This document shows positions 16,156 to 25,543 of a stretch of 64,000 nucleotides of DNA, one piece after another. The notes beneath the pieces are model-generated. The model was not told the origin of the DNA and ran no database searches. It saw only the letters and a program-made list of their open reading frames with translations. Source of the stretch: Candidatus Micrarchaeia archaeon (lineage in GTDB: Archaea; Micrarchaeota; Micrarchaeia; Anstonellales; Bilamarchaeaceae); the NCBI GenBank assembly GCA_046331685.1, contig JAXLQI010000001.1:192047-256046 (forward strand). Reading direction: 5' to 3'. Within the stretch, counting starts at the first letter, position 1, and each line of letters opens with the position of its first letter. A program made the position numbers and the translations under genes.

Positions 16156-16495
16156 TATCGCAGTTGAGCGACCTTCTCAGGTACTCGAGGCTTGCCTTCT
16201 CGAGCGACATGTTCTCTTCAAGGGCGATTTTCATGATCATCTCGAACTCCTCCTTCCCGAAGATGAACACCCTGGCGTTAGCCGTGTTGCGGGCAAAATC
16301 GAGGAACCAGTTCTTCTGCCGTATCTTGCCCTTCTCTATCAGCCAGGAAGCGACTTCCGCGACGATAAACGGGCTCAGGATTATCTTCTCCCGGTCATAT
16401 ACCCGGATATCCGCGCGCGCTTTGGCATGGTGAGGGTCCCCGGGATCGAAGAACGCCCTCCAGAACTCGAAGCTTGTCGCGATCACTCCATCCAC
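16142..16495 (-). CDS. PIN-domain toxin (VapC-like)
   Basis: ~117 aa with acidic residues at PIN-like spacing. Overlaps the upstream small RHH-like ORF by 13 nt, the classic toxin-antitoxin layout. Confidence 0.55.
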   Translation of the reverse strand: MDGVIATSFEFWRAFFDPGDPHHAKARADIRVYDREKIILSPFIVAEVASWLIEKGKIRQKNWFLDFARNTANARVFIFGKEEFEMIMKIALEENMSLEKASLEYLRRSLNCDITDY

Positions 16496-16686
16496 TCCGG
16501 AAGGTCCTTCATCGCTTCCTGCGCATTCTTGTATCTCTTCGGGTTCTTCCTGGTCTGTTCGTGATATTCGGCTCCTGACTCCACAAGCTGGTGCAAGGCC
16601 TCCGCGATCGTCAGATTATGCTCATCGGCGAACCGGTTCAGCCGCTCCTTGGTGGCTTCAGTCACGTTCCTGATCGTATATGTCAT
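16483..16686 (-). CDS. Antitoxin (VapB-like, RHH/CopG-type)
   Basis: 67 aa. The N-terminal beta-strand plus helices (TYTIRNVTEATKERLNRFADEHNLTIAEALHQLV) are typical of ribbon-helix-helix antitoxins. Confidence 0.55.
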   Translation of the reverse strand: MTYTIRNVTEATKERLNRFADEHNLTIAEALHQLVESGAEYHEQTRKNPKRYKNAQEAMKDLPEWME

Positions 16687-16804
16687 TTTTCATCCATAGG
16701 GTATTACACGTATTACAATTTAAAAAACAATTCCGCCGGCAACACTTGTCGTGCAACATATACTAAAGTGATGATTTTTATTCTTATGCTGGCATCTTTC
16801 AACC

Positions 16805-17866
16805 ATGTCGCAGAAACTGTCCAGGGAACGCCCGGAGCCGAAGGGCTCGAGCTTCCCGATAATCGAGGTTCCCAAATGGGAGGGCAAGCTTGAATTCAGG
16901 CGGGCTAAAGCCGAGGAATCGGCCGAGCTGAAGGCATTGTACGACTCCTCGTGGGGGCCGGAGAACGCGATCAGCCGGGAACAGATAGAGGCGAAGATCA
17001 GGAATTTCCCTGAGGGCCAGATAGTCGGCTGCGAGAACGGCGTGCCCAAGTCGATGATAAACATCATGCTCACCGGGTTCACGCCGGACCAGGGATTCAC
17101 GGGCGGATATGACAAGGTGACCGGGAACAGGACATTCTCGACCCATGCAAGCACCGACTCGCTCTTCGCCGGCATGCTCGCTGACGAGGAGATGCTGCCG
17201 GTCGCGCTTTGCGTGTCCATAGCCGTCTCGAAGGAGCATGCGCGGAACGGATTCGCCCATGAGACGCTCAATTTCGCGATAGGTTTCGCTGAGAACAACG
17301 GCCTCATAGCCGCGCCCTACAGCGCGCCGAGGGGTTTCGGCACGGCTAGAGCGATGAATCCGCAACTGGACATCCACACTTACCTCCACATGACGGTCCC
17401 TTCCGCCCTCGATTATGAGGCCCACCTCGACCGGATAGACCGGATGAACAGGCTGGCCCGGGTGCGAGCCGCTTTCCGGACCAAGAGATCCCCGGAAGGC
17501 GCGATCAAGGCCCCGATCAGCCCGATTTTCTATCATTACCGGGAGATGGGCGAGGACAGGCTCGACATGGCTGTGGCCGAGACAGCTTTCGGCAGGTTCG
17601 CATCCACAGACGGGCTGATAATCGCGGACATCCTCGGGCGGACGCCGACGGTCGAGGATTTCTGCGTGTTCAGCGGCAGGAAGATGATGGACCCGGTCAT
17701 GAGGATGCATGTCGAGAACGGCGCACGGTTCATCCGAGGCCCGGACGGCTCGCTAGCCGCTGTGTTCGCGGACTCGAGGCCTGAGGATACAGCTGCCGCA
17801 GGATACAATGTCGTGCTCACGTATGCCTACCGGAAGGGATTCGGGCATCCCTTTTCCGATTACTGA
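16805..17866 (+). CDS. GNAT-like acetyltransferase N-domain fused to an unknown C-terminal domain
   Basis: Motif-A-like VSKEHARNGFAHETLNFAIGFAENNG. The C-terminal ~180 aa are unrecognised. Confidence 0.4.
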   Translation: MSQKLSRERPEPKGSSFPIIEVPKWEGKLEFRRAKAEESAELKALYDSSWGPENAISREQIEAKIRNFPEGQIVGCENGVPKSMINIMLTGFTPDQGFTGGYDKVTGNRTFSTHASTDSLFAGMLADEEMLPVALCVSIAVSKEHARNGFAHETLNFAIGFAENNGLIAAPYSAPRGFGTARAMNPQLDIHTYLHMTVPSALDYEAHLDRIDRMNRLARVRAAFRTKRSPEGAIKAPISPIFYHYREMGEDRLDMAVAETAFGRFASTDGLIIADILGRTPTVEDFCVFSGRKMMDPVMRMHVENGARFIRGPDGSLAAVFADSRPEDTAAAGYNVVLTYAYRKGFGHPFSDY

Positions 17867-18039
17867 TCTATCCACCTGCCGTAGTCTTCCCTGGATAATA
17901 CGATCGGCAGGCCGTTGTACCCGCACCTGCAGCTGACCTTGGGAAGGATCGAATCGAGCATCCCGAGGAGAAGCGGGTTCATGTAGTCCTTTGCCTCGAT
18001 GAGGCGCTTGCATCGGGGGCAGCACGTGACGTCTTTCAT
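17860..18039 (-). CDS. Small zinc-ribbon protein (59 aa, below the ORF-track cutoff), immediately downstream of RuBisCO
   Basis: Hand translation: MKDVTCCPRCKRLIEAKDYMNPLLLGMLDSILPKVSCRCGYNGLPIVLSREDYGRWIDQ. The ATG at 18039 lies 5 nt after the rbcL stop. Confidence 0.5.
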   Translation of the reverse strand: MKDVTCCPRCKRLIEAKDYMNPLLLGMLDSILPKVSCRCGYNGLPIVLSREDYGRWIDQ

Positions 18040-18043
18040 ACGG

Positions 18044-19345
18044 TCATTCCGGCTTCATGCGGCCCCATTTCTCGAGCGCCATCCGAAGCTCCGGGCTCTG
18101 CTTCGCTTTCTCTTCGAGCGTAACGCCGTCCATGGATGCTTCGATGGCCGCCATCGCCGCCTTCGCTCCGGCTCGGGTGCCTTTCGGGTGCCCGTGGATC
18201 CCGCCGCTCACCAGGAGGACAAGGTCCGTACCGTAGATATCCAAGACGTCCGGCACAAGCCCCGGATGGAGCCCTCCGGAAGACACGGGGAACGCGCTCT
18301 TGATGTGGCCCCAGTCCTGATCGAGGAGCATCCCGTGGAGCGGTTTCACGCGCCTGTCGCGGAGAGTGTCCGCGACCGCGGTCACTTCCCTCTTGCTCCC
18401 GACAAGCTTCCCGACCGCCGTGCCTGAATGGATCTGCGTCACGCCGATGAGGCGCATCATCTTGGCCAGGAACTGCATCGAGAGCCCGTGCTTGGGGTTC
18501 CGGTCGAAAGTCGCGTGCATGGCACGGTGCGCATGGATGGCGAGGCCGAGGTCGGAGCAGTAGTCCCTCATGGTCATGACCGCCGAGGTCCCTGCGACGA
18601 CGACGTCGATCATCGCATATCTCCAGCCGTTGTCCGCGAGCATCTTTGCCCGCCTCTTCATCTCATCCGTCTCGGCGGTGATGTTGATATAGGCGTCCTT
18701 GCGCTCGCCGGTGAGCTTCTCGGCCTTGTCCCGCAGCGGGGTCATGTAGTTGACCCTCTCCGCGAAGCGGTTGAACGATGTGGAGGTCAGGTTCTCGTCG
18801 TCCTTGACAAAGTCAAAACCGCCCATCCAGGTCTCGAAACCGATGTCGGCATGCTCTTTCGCGCTGAAGCCTATCTTCGGTTTAGGGACAGCTCCTGTAA
18901 GAGGCCTTTTCGGGACCTTCATCATCTTCCTGATCCCGTCCATGCCGTGGTGCGGGCCTTTGAAGTGCCTGAGATAGCTCTGCGGGAAGGAGACGTCTAT
19001 GAGCCGGAGGTTCCGCAGGGCCTTCATGCCGAAGATGTTCCCTGCGATCCCGCTCAGGAGCTGGGGGGCGTTCCCTTCCTCCCACAGGCCGAGCGGGTAG
19101 GCGACCTTGACGAGGTTGCCGTCGATATGATATGCAGTCGCCTGGAGTTTCTTCATCCTGGGCGGCATCTTGAACAGCGTGGTCCATGTGCCGGTGGAGC
19201 TCTCCGAGGCGATCCTGCCGGCGGCCTCTTTCTTGCTTATGCCGGCGTCAGGCTCGAAATAGAACAGGCAGACGAGATCGTCTTTCGCGGGCTTGTAGCC
19301 GAAGTCTATGAACTCCTCGTACCAATCGATTTTCTTGCCAACCAT
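18044..19345 (-). CDS. rbcL: Ribulose-1,5-bisphosphate carboxylase/oxygenase large subunit, form III (archaeal type)
   Basis: 433 aa with GGFDFVKDDENL (carbamylated Lys motif), GVTQIHSGTAVGKL and SGGLHPG. No small subunit gene nearby. Confidence 0.93.
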   Translation of the reverse strand: MVGKKIDWYEEFIDFGYKPAKDDLVCLFYFEPDAGISKKEAAGRIASESSTGTWTTLFKMPPRMKKLQATAYHIDGNLVKVAYPLGLWEEGNAPQLLSGIAGNIFGMKALRNLRLIDVSFPQSYLRHFKGPHHGMDGIRKMMKVPKRPLTGAVPKPKIGFSAKEHADIGFETWMGGFDFVKDDENLTSTSFNRFAERVNYMTPLRDKAEKLTGERKDAYINITAETDEMKRRAKMLADNGWRYAMIDVVVAGTSAVMTMRDYCSDLGLAIHAHRAMHATFDRNPKHGLSMQFLAKMMRLIGVTQIHSGTAVGKLVGSKREVTAVADTLRDRRVKPLHGMLLDQDWGHIKSAFPVSSGGLHPGLVPDVLDIYGTDLVLLVSGGIHGHPKGTRAGAKAAMAAIEASMDGVTLEEKAKQSPELRMALEKWGRMKPE

Positions 19346-19397
19346 GGGAAAGAAAACCAGACAAATGATATAAAACTTGCCATGCCTTCCAAAAAAA

Positions 19398-19760
19398 TCA
19401 GTTCGTGACGGAAAAAACGGTCCCTGACTCCGGAGTCCAGGCCGATACCGCGCACACTTTCCCGCTGAGGTCCACCAGCAACGCTTTCTTCCCGATTATC
19501 CGATCGCCGCTGCCATGGACCTCCAGGGTGAAAGTGAAGCTCTTCCCGGCCGACCCCTGGGTCGTGATGTATTCTGCGACCTCGCGGGTGCTCTTCAGGT
19601 CCTCGAAAGAAGGGATGGATTGCTGCTCCGAGAGGAGGGGCGCGTACTTGGCCCAAAGCTTCGCCATCTCCTGCCGCAGGGCAGGGTCGTCGGCCATCCT
19701 GATCTCCGTGATCCCGCTGACTTTCCTGATCTTGAATTGAGGGAATCCTGCCATATCCAA
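19398..19760 (-). CDS. Hypothetical protein (120 aa) directly upstream of rbcL
   Basis: Same strand, 52 nt from the rbcL start. No family recognised. Confidence 0.5.
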   Translation of the reverse strand: MDMAGFPQFKIRKVSGITEIRMADDPALRQEMAKLWAKYAPLLSEQQSIPSFEDLKSTREVAEYITTQGSAGKSFTFTLEVHGSGDRIIGKKALLVDLSGKVCAVSAWTPESGTVFSVTN

Positions 19761-19844
19761 CCGCCTTTTCTCATGACATTCTCATGATATAATGTTGTAA
19801 AACATTTAAAAACATGTTGAAAAGTTTATATTCCGGCGCTCCGA

Positions 19845-20189
19845 ATGAGAGCCATGGATCTCACGGCGAAAAAATGCGTGGCGTGCCAGGGAGGGGAGAA
19901 GCCTCTCGCCCCTGATGAGATCAAGGTCTATCTGAACGAGGTGGACCGGGGATGGTCGCTCGACGGCATCAGGATCGTCCGCATCTTCAAGTTCAGGGAT
20001 TTCGGCAAAGCAATGGAATTCGTCAACAAGGTGGCGGAGATAGCCGAATCAGAAGGGCATCATCCGGACATGCACATAGAGGGATGGAACAAAGTCCGCA
20101 TCGAGCTGTACACTCATGCGATAAGGGGGCTGCACCAGAATGATTTCATCGTGGCTGCGAAGATCGACAGGCTGGAAAAGTCTTATTAA
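19845..20189 (+). CDS. Pterin-4-alpha-carbinolamine dehydratase (PCD/DCoH family)
   Basis: The core EGHHPDMHIEGWNKVRIELYTHAIRGLHQND retains the catalytic HHP...H...D pattern. Confidence 0.85.
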   Translation: MRAMDLTAKKCVACQGGEKPLAPDEIKVYLNEVDRGWSLDGIRIVRIFKFRDFGKAMEFVNKVAEIAESEGHHPDMHIEGWNKVRIELYTHAIRGLHQNDFIVAAKIDRLEKSY

Positions 20190-20225
20190 CCTTGCCTGGG
20201 ACTTTGGATCGCGGGAGGTAGGTTG

Positions 20226-21677
20226 ATGTCTGCGATATCAGATTTTCTGAGTTCGGCGTTCTCTGAGCTGTTCTACGACCGGGAACCGGCGCTCGGGCAG
20301 ACGCCCGTCAAGCAGCCCCCGGCAGAGGAGATGCGAAAATCGATCAAGAGGCGCGGATACGAGTCGATCCCTGAAAGCATAAGCCAGTCGGGCTCGCTCG
20401 CGGAATTCGACAGGATCCTCGGGATGCTTGAGAGCGGGGACACCCGGACGAAAGCCAAAGCCATCGGCGCGCTCGACCAGATCTCGGACGACAACCGGAT
20501 ATCCTGCGTGGCGATATTCTCGAAGAACCAGGAGGCCCGGAAAGCGGCCATGAACAAGGTCAAAGGCAAACCTTCGCTGCTCAACATCATCTTCTTCGAA
20601 TCCCTTTTCCGGGATTCTTCTTCAGAAGCACTCGACCAGCTCGCTTCCATGATGGAGGAGCTGAAGGACCAGAGGTCTTTCTGCACGCTCGCCTGCAACC
20701 ACCGCGACCGCAAGACCAGGATGAAGGCCCTCGCTTCCATCACCGACGTGAAATGGCTTCTCGAGCTCGCTTACAGCTCGCGCTTCGAGGACACCAGATG
20801 GCAGGCGATAGAGCGCCTGAAGGACATGAGGGTGGATATCGACCGCGAGGATCTGCGGCATGACGACACGCTCTCGGTCATCGCGGACCAGCTCGTGAAG
20901 AGCTCGCTTGAGGAGGGGCAGATAGTGGAGGACATGGAGATACTCCTGGAGAACGTGCGTTACCTCGATAACCTCTCGCGCACAGAGAAGAGCAACGAGT
21001 TCATAGACATCATACGCGACAACGTGGCTTCGTATTACGGGACGATCAGGAGCATCGCCACATCGTCGCGGCACAAGAAGGCCCGGGAGATCGCGGTGAA
21101 GGGCATGTCCGGCGACAGCATGATGCTCGCCGAGATCGCCCAGCACTCGGAGTATGAGGACACGGCCGAGATGGCTATAGACTCAATCGCTTCCGCGATG
21201 GGCAGCAGGACCGAGCCCCAGTGCCTTGCCCTCGTCGCGTCGATGTCCAGCGACAGCGAGAAACGTTCCAAAGCCGTGGCCCGGCTCGACAACGTCCAGA
21301 CGCTCAAGCATGTGGTGAAATACTCCGTCTTCGAGGACAGCAGGATCGGCGCGGCCCACCGCCTCGCGTCCATGGTGAACCAGCTCGAGGACCCCGAGGC
21401 ATTGAGGCTGGTCATCGCTTATGCGCGGGACTCGAAGAACCGGGAGCTCGCGGAAGCCAAGATAATCCAGCTCGATGGCAGGGAAGCTTCCAGGCCGGCC
21501 GTTAAACCGGAGCCCGCCCCGGCGAAAGAAGCGAAGAAGCCTGAACCTGAGAAGAAAGCCGAGCCCCAGAAACCTGAAGCGGCGCTCAGGCGGCACAACG
21601 AGGCCGACTATTCCCCGGGAGCAGGGTCGGGAGGGGGCGGCATCTGGGGCGCCATCAAGGAACTGATCGGGATCTGA
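20226..21677 (+). CDS. HEAT/PBS-lyase-like repeat protein with a Pro/Lys/Glu-rich tail
   Basis: Recurrent ~30-aa helical units (..TRTKAKAIGALDQI.., ..DRKTRMKALASI.., ..EDTRWQAIERL.., ..EKRSKAVARL.., ..EDSRIGAAHRL..). The tail reads KPEPAPAKEAKKPEPEKKAEPQKPEA. Confidence 0.55.
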   Translation: MSAISDFLSSAFSELFYDREPALGQTPVKQPPAEEMRKSIKRRGYESIPESISQSGSLAEFDRILGMLESGDTRTKAKAIGALDQISDDNRISCVAIFSKNQEARKAAMNKVKGKPSLLNIIFFESLFRDSSSEALDQLASMMEELKDQRSFCTLACNHRDRKTRMKALASITDVKWLLELAYSSRFEDTRWQAIERLKDMRVDIDREDLRHDDTLSVIADQLVKSSLEEGQIVEDMEILLENVRYLDNLSRTEKSNEFIDIIRDNVASYYGTIRSIATSSRHKKAREIAVKGMSGDSMMLAEIAQHSEYEDTAEMAIDSIASAMGSRTEPQCLALVASMSSDSEKRSKAVARLDNVQTLKHVVKYSVFEDSRIGAAHRLASMVNQLEDPEALRLVIAYARDSKNRELAEAKIIQLDGREASRPAVKPEPAPAKEAKKPEPEKKAEPQKPEAALRRHNEADYSPGAGSGGGGIWGAIKELIGI

Positions 21678-22026
21678 TAGCCTTCTTCATCGCTTCGAAA
21701 GGCAGGAGGGCGCAACGCATCCTCGATGGATTCTTCTCCAGGTTGATCTTCAGGAGCGCAAGCGCCTGGTCCCTGGTCACCGAATCCATCCGTTTCCCCT
21801 TGAGGAACCCCGTGAAGAGGGATGCGCTCGCCTGGCTGATCGCGCACCCTTTGCCAATGAAGCTCGCCTCGGCCACGATCCCGTCCTTCTCCTTGATGAA
21901 AAGCTCGACCATGTCGCCGCAGGTAGTGTTCTGGATCTCGGCATGGTAGTCCGGATCCGGGATCTTCCTGAAATTGAGCGGGTGCTTGTAGAGCTCGATT
22001 ATGAATTCCTGGTAGAGGTCTTCCAT
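21655..22026 (-). CDS. sufU: SufU/IscU-like Fe-S cluster scaffold (NifU N-terminal family)
   Basis: YKHPLNFRKI..TTCGDMVELFI..GKGCAISQASAS..RMRCALLPFEA carries the three conserved Cys. Confidence 0.8.
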   Translation of the reverse strand: MEDLYQEFIIELYKHPLNFRKIPDPDYHAEIQNTTCGDMVELFIKEKDGIVAEASFIGKGCAISQASASLFTGFLKGKRMDSVTRDQALALLKINLEKNPSRMRCALLPFEAMKKAIRSRSVP

Positions 22027-22030
22027 CCGA

Positions 22031-23239
22031 TCAGCTGAATATCTTTTCTATGCGCCCGAGGGAATCAACGAGTGCGTCTATCTCGTCCTTTTTGTTGTAT
22101 AGATATACGCTCGCCCTCGTGCTCGCCTGTATGCCGAGCCTTTCATGCACCGGCATGGCGCAGTGGTGCCCGCTGCGGACGCATATCCCGTCCTCGGCGA
22201 GCATCGCAGCCACATCATGCGGATGCGCCTTGTCCATGGTGAAAGCCACGAGCGGCCCCCGTCCCCTCGCATCCTCAGGACCGATGACCGTGAGCCCTTC
22301 GACGCGCGGCAGTGAATCGAGCATATGGCGGACCAGCCTCTCTTCATGGGCACGAATATTGTCCAGGCCTGAGGCAACCAGATAATCGATCGCCGGCCCG
22401 AGGCCGATCACAGCCGCCACATCCGGGGTCCCGGGCTCGAAGCGGTAGGGGAGGGTGTTCCATTCCGAGGATCTCTCGCTCACCGACCGGATCATCTCGC
22501 TCCCGTAGAGGAACGGATCCATGGACTCGAGCAGCTCCTCTTTCCCGTACAGGACGCCGACGCCGAAAGGCGCGAGCATCTTGTGCCCTGAGAAGGCAAG
22601 GAAATCGCATCCGAGCTTCCGGACATCTGTCGGGTAAGACGGGACGCTCTGGGCGCCGTCGACCACGCAGACCGCCCCCTCGTCATGGGCCATGGCGCAG
22701 ATCCGGCGGATGTCGCTCACAGCGCCCGTAACATTCGATGCCGCGGAGACCGCGAGGAGCTTCGCTCCAGCGAGCTTCTTCTCCAGGTCCGTGAGGTCGA
22801 GCTTCCCTTCGCCGTCTATGCCCGCCACCTCGAATCCCGCTTTCTTCTTGGCCGCGAGGGCCTGCCACGGGACGAAATTGCTGTGGTGCTCCAGCGCGGT
22901 CGTCACTATCCTGTCGCCTTTGCCTATGAACCTCTCCCCCCAGCCGCGCATGACCAGGTTCAGGCTCTCTGTGGCGCTCTTGGTGAATATGACCTCGGTC
23001 TCAGCCGCGGCATTGATGAAGCCCTTGGTCTTGGACCGGACGGATTCGTATTCCATCGTGGCCTCTTCGGCGAGGGTGTAGAGCCCCCTGGAGATGTTCG
23101 AATTCCGCTTGGAATAGAACCCTGAGATGGCATCTATGACCTGCCGGGGCTTCTGGGATGTCGCAGCCGAGTCGAGATAGACCATCTCGCTGCCCGAGAA
23201 AATCGGAAAATCCGCCCGTGCCCGCTCCGCGTCAAACAT
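22031..23239 (-). CDS. sufS: Cysteine desulfurase SufS (class V aminotransferase)
   Basis: FSGHKM (PLP Lys), HHSNFVPW and RSGHHCA (active-site Cys loop). Confidence 0.9.
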   Translation of the reverse strand: MFDAERARADFPIFSGSEMVYLDSAATSQKPRQVIDAISGFYSKRNSNISRGLYTLAEEATMEYESVRSKTKGFINAAAETEVIFTKSATESLNLVMRGWGERFIGKGDRIVTTALEHHSNFVPWQALAAKKKAGFEVAGIDGEGKLDLTDLEKKLAGAKLLAVSAASNVTGAVSDIRRICAMAHDEGAVCVVDGAQSVPSYPTDVRKLGCDFLAFSGHKMLAPFGVGVLYGKEELLESMDPFLYGSEMIRSVSERSSEWNTLPYRFEPGTPDVAAVIGLGPAIDYLVASGLDNIRAHEERLVRHMLDSLPRVEGLTVIGPEDARGRGPLVAFTMDKAHPHDVAAMLAEDGICVRSGHHCAMPVHERLGIQASTRASVYLYNKKDEIDALVDSLGRIEKIFS

Positions 23240-23981
23240 TCTTCCCCTTCAGGTAAGAGGAGTAGCCATGCTCCTCGATCGTGTGCGCCAGCTTTTCCTC
23301 ACCTGAGAGAACGATCCTCCCCTGCGCGAGGATGTGCACATGGTCAGGCTTGACGTACTTGAGGATCCGCGGGTAATGCGTGATGATGAGGAAGCAGCGG
23401 GTGCCGTCGTCCAGCTCTGATATGGCCTCGGAGATAAGCTTGATGCCATCGACATCGAGGCCGGAATCGACCTCGTCCAGGATGACCACTTTCGGCTTCA
23501 GCGCGAGCATCTGGAGGACCTCGAGCCGCTTCTTCTCCCCTCCTGAGAAGCCGACGTTCAGCTCGCGGCTGATGAAAGACTTGTCCATGCCGAGCCTTTC
23601 GCTGATGCGCACGAGCTCCTCATGGGCTTTCACCATGGCGTCCAGATCCTGCTCTTTCCCCGGGCTGCGGGAAGCCATCACCTTGCGGATGAAATTGCTG
23701 ACCTTGACCCCTTCCACCTCTTCAGGGCTCTGGAAAGCGAGGAACAGCCCCTTGCCCGCGCGCTCGTTCGGAGGGACTCCGGCGAGCTCGTCAGGACCGA
23801 TCCTTATGCTCCCTGAGACCTTGAAGGAAGGGTGCCCCATCAGGGCTTCTGCGAGCGAGCTTTTCCCCGCCCCGTTCGGGCCCATGACAGCGTGGATCTC
23901 GCCGGGCTTCAGGCTGAGGCTGATGCCTTTGATGATCTCGCGGTCCCCGATTGAGACGTGGAGGTCCTTTATCTCGAACAT
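23232..23981 (-). CDS. sufC: Fe-S cluster assembly ATPase SufC
   Basis: MFEIKDLHVS.., Walker A GPNGAGKS, signature FSGGEKKR, Walker B VILDEVDSGLD, and ITHY. Confidence 0.9.
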   Translation of the reverse strand: MFEIKDLHVSIGDREIIKGISLSLKPGEIHAVMGPNGAGKSSLAEALMGHPSFKVSGSIRIGPDELAGVPPNERAGKGLFLAFQSPEEVEGVKVSNFIRKVMASRSPGKEQDLDAMVKAHEELVRISERLGMDKSFISRELNVGFSGGEKKRLEVLQMLALKPKVVILDEVDSGLDVDGIKLISEAISELDDGTRCFLIITHYPRILKYVKPDHVHILAQGRIVLSGEEKLAHTIEEHGYSSYLKGKNV

Positions 23982-24058
23982 AGGTATCACTGCGCGTGTC
24001 TTCCCCGGGATCCGCACAAGGAACTCACGCCGGACCCCGTGGTTGATTTAGGGTGACC

Positions 24059-24075
24059 TAAATATTTAAATATAT
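24059..24075. promoter_or_regulatory. AT-rich near-palindromic TATA region (taaatatttaaatatat) in the sufC/sufB divergent intergenic region
   Basis: The only AT-rich element in the 131-nt gap. About 40 nt from the sufB ATG and 80 nt from the sufC ATG. Confidence 0.45.
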
Positions 24076-24112
24076 CCCCGGCCATTAAGCTCTCGATAAT
24101 CCTGTGATCGGC

Positions 24113-25510
24113 ATGACGGCAGAACAGATCAATTTCAGCTACCAGAAGTACGACTTCAAGGATGACATCAAGTACAAGCACCTCACCGCGAAGGGGCTGG
24201 ACGAGAAGGTAGTCCGGACAATATCCGAGATAAAGGACGAGCCGCAGTGGATGCTGGACGCGCGGCTCAAGGCGCTCCGGGTTTTCCGGGAAAAACCTAT
24301 GCCGGGCTGGGGAGCCGACCTCAAGGCGATCAATTTCGACGACATACATTACTACGCGAGCCCGACAGACGCGAAAGCGGATGCCTGGGACATGGTCCCT
24401 GACGACATAAAGAAGACTTTCGACAGGATCGGGATACCGGAGGCGGAGAGGAAGTTCCTCGGCGGGGCGAGCGCGCAGTACGATTCCGAAGTGGTCTACC
24501 ACAACCTGAAGAAGGAATGGGAGGAGCAGGGCGTCGTCTTCCTCGACATGGACAGCGGCCTCCGCGAATATCCGGAGATCGTGAAGCAGCATTTCGGGAC
24601 GATCATCCCCACCACCGACAACAAGTTCGCCGCGCTCAATACCGCTGTATGGTCCGGAGGCAGCTTCGTTTATGTCCCCAAGGGGGTGAAGGTCAAGATC
24701 CCGCTCCAGGCGTATTTCAGGATAAACACGAAGAATGCCGGGCAGTTCGAGAGGACGCTCATAATAGCCGAGGAGGGGGCCTCGGTGCATTACATCGAGG
24801 GCTGCAGCGCGCCGATATATTCGGCGGGAGCGCTCCACTCCGCGGTCGTGGAAGTGCTCGCGAAGAAGGACGCCTACGTGAGGTACACCACTATCCAGAA
24901 CTGGTCGAACAACGTCTACAACCTGGTGACGAAGAGGGCGGTCGCGCATGAGGATTCCGTCGTCGAATGGCTCGACGGGAACATCGGCTCGAAGATAACG
25001 ATGAAATACCCCTGCATAATCCTGAAAGGCAGGGGGGCGCGCGGCGAAGTCCTCTCAGTGGCTTTCGCCGGCAAGGGCCAGAGCCAGGATGCCGGTGCCA
25101 AGATCATCCATCAGGCGCCAGAGACCACATCGAGGATAATCTCGAAAAGCATCTCGCAGGGAGGGGGGCGGAGCTCGTACCGCGGCCTCCTCAAGGTGCT
25201 AAAGGGGGCGAAAGACTGCAAGGCGTTCGTGCAGTGCGACGCCTATCTGCTGGACGGGAAATCCCGTTCGGACACGTACCCGGCCATACAGATCGACGAG
25301 GACACAACAACCATAGGCCATGAGGCCAAGGTCGGGAAGATCGCCGACGATAAATTATTCTACCTGATGAGCCGCGGGATGCCTGAGAAGGAAGCGCTCG
25401 CGATGATCGTGCTCGGGTTCATAGAATCGTTCACCCGAGAGCTCCCGATGGAATACGCGGTCGAGCTGAACAGGCTGATAGAGATGCAGCTCGAAGGAGC
25501 CGTAGGGTAA
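24113..25510 (+). CDS. sufB: Fe-S cluster assembly protein SufB
   Basis: 465 aa with ..EPQWMLDARLKALRVF.., ..HYIEGCSAP.. and ..FYLMSRGMPEKEALAMIVLGF.., all typical of SufB. Confidence 0.9.
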   Translation: MTAEQINFSYQKYDFKDDIKYKHLTAKGLDEKVVRTISEIKDEPQWMLDARLKALRVFREKPMPGWGADLKAINFDDIHYYASPTDAKADAWDMVPDDIKKTFDRIGIPEAERKFLGGASAQYDSEVVYHNLKKEWEEQGVVFLDMDSGLREYPEIVKQHFGTIIPTTDNKFAALNTAVWSGGSFVYVPKGVKVKIPLQAYFRINTKNAGQFERTLIIAEEGASVHYIEGCSAPIYSAGALHSAVVEVLAKKDAYVRYTTIQNWSNNVYNLVTKRAVAHEDSVVEWLDGNIGSKITMKYPCIILKGRGARGEVLSVAFAGKGQSQDAGAKIIHQAPETTSRIISKSISQGGGRSSYRGLLKVLKGAKDCKAFVQCDAYLLDGKSRSDTYPAIQIDEDTTTIGHEAKVGKIADDKLFYLMSRGMPEKEALAMIVLGFIESFTRELPMEYAVELNRLIEMQLEGAVG

Positions 25511-25543
25511 GCAATCGCCCGCAAGGCAGATCGGTGAACTGAA

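Noticed and set aside
16768-16774. GTGATGA C-box-like heptamer upstream of 16805, considered as a C/D box sRNA
   Set aside because: No CTGA D box or C'/D' elements at the expected 50-70 nt spacing downstream.
18428-19408. 326-aa ORF on the plus strand
   Set aside because: Antisense to rbcL, whose identity is unambiguous.
19845-20189. Calling the PCD gene an acRAF-like RuBisCO assembly factor
   Set aside because: The catalytic His-His-Pro and downstream His/Asp positions are retained, unlike acRAF. It is therefore annotated as a dehydratase, with the RuBisCO link kept only as a hypothesis in the findings.
23987-24949. 320-aa ORF on the minus strand
   Set aside because: Antisense to sufB. 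Arg/Val/Asp-rich shadow.
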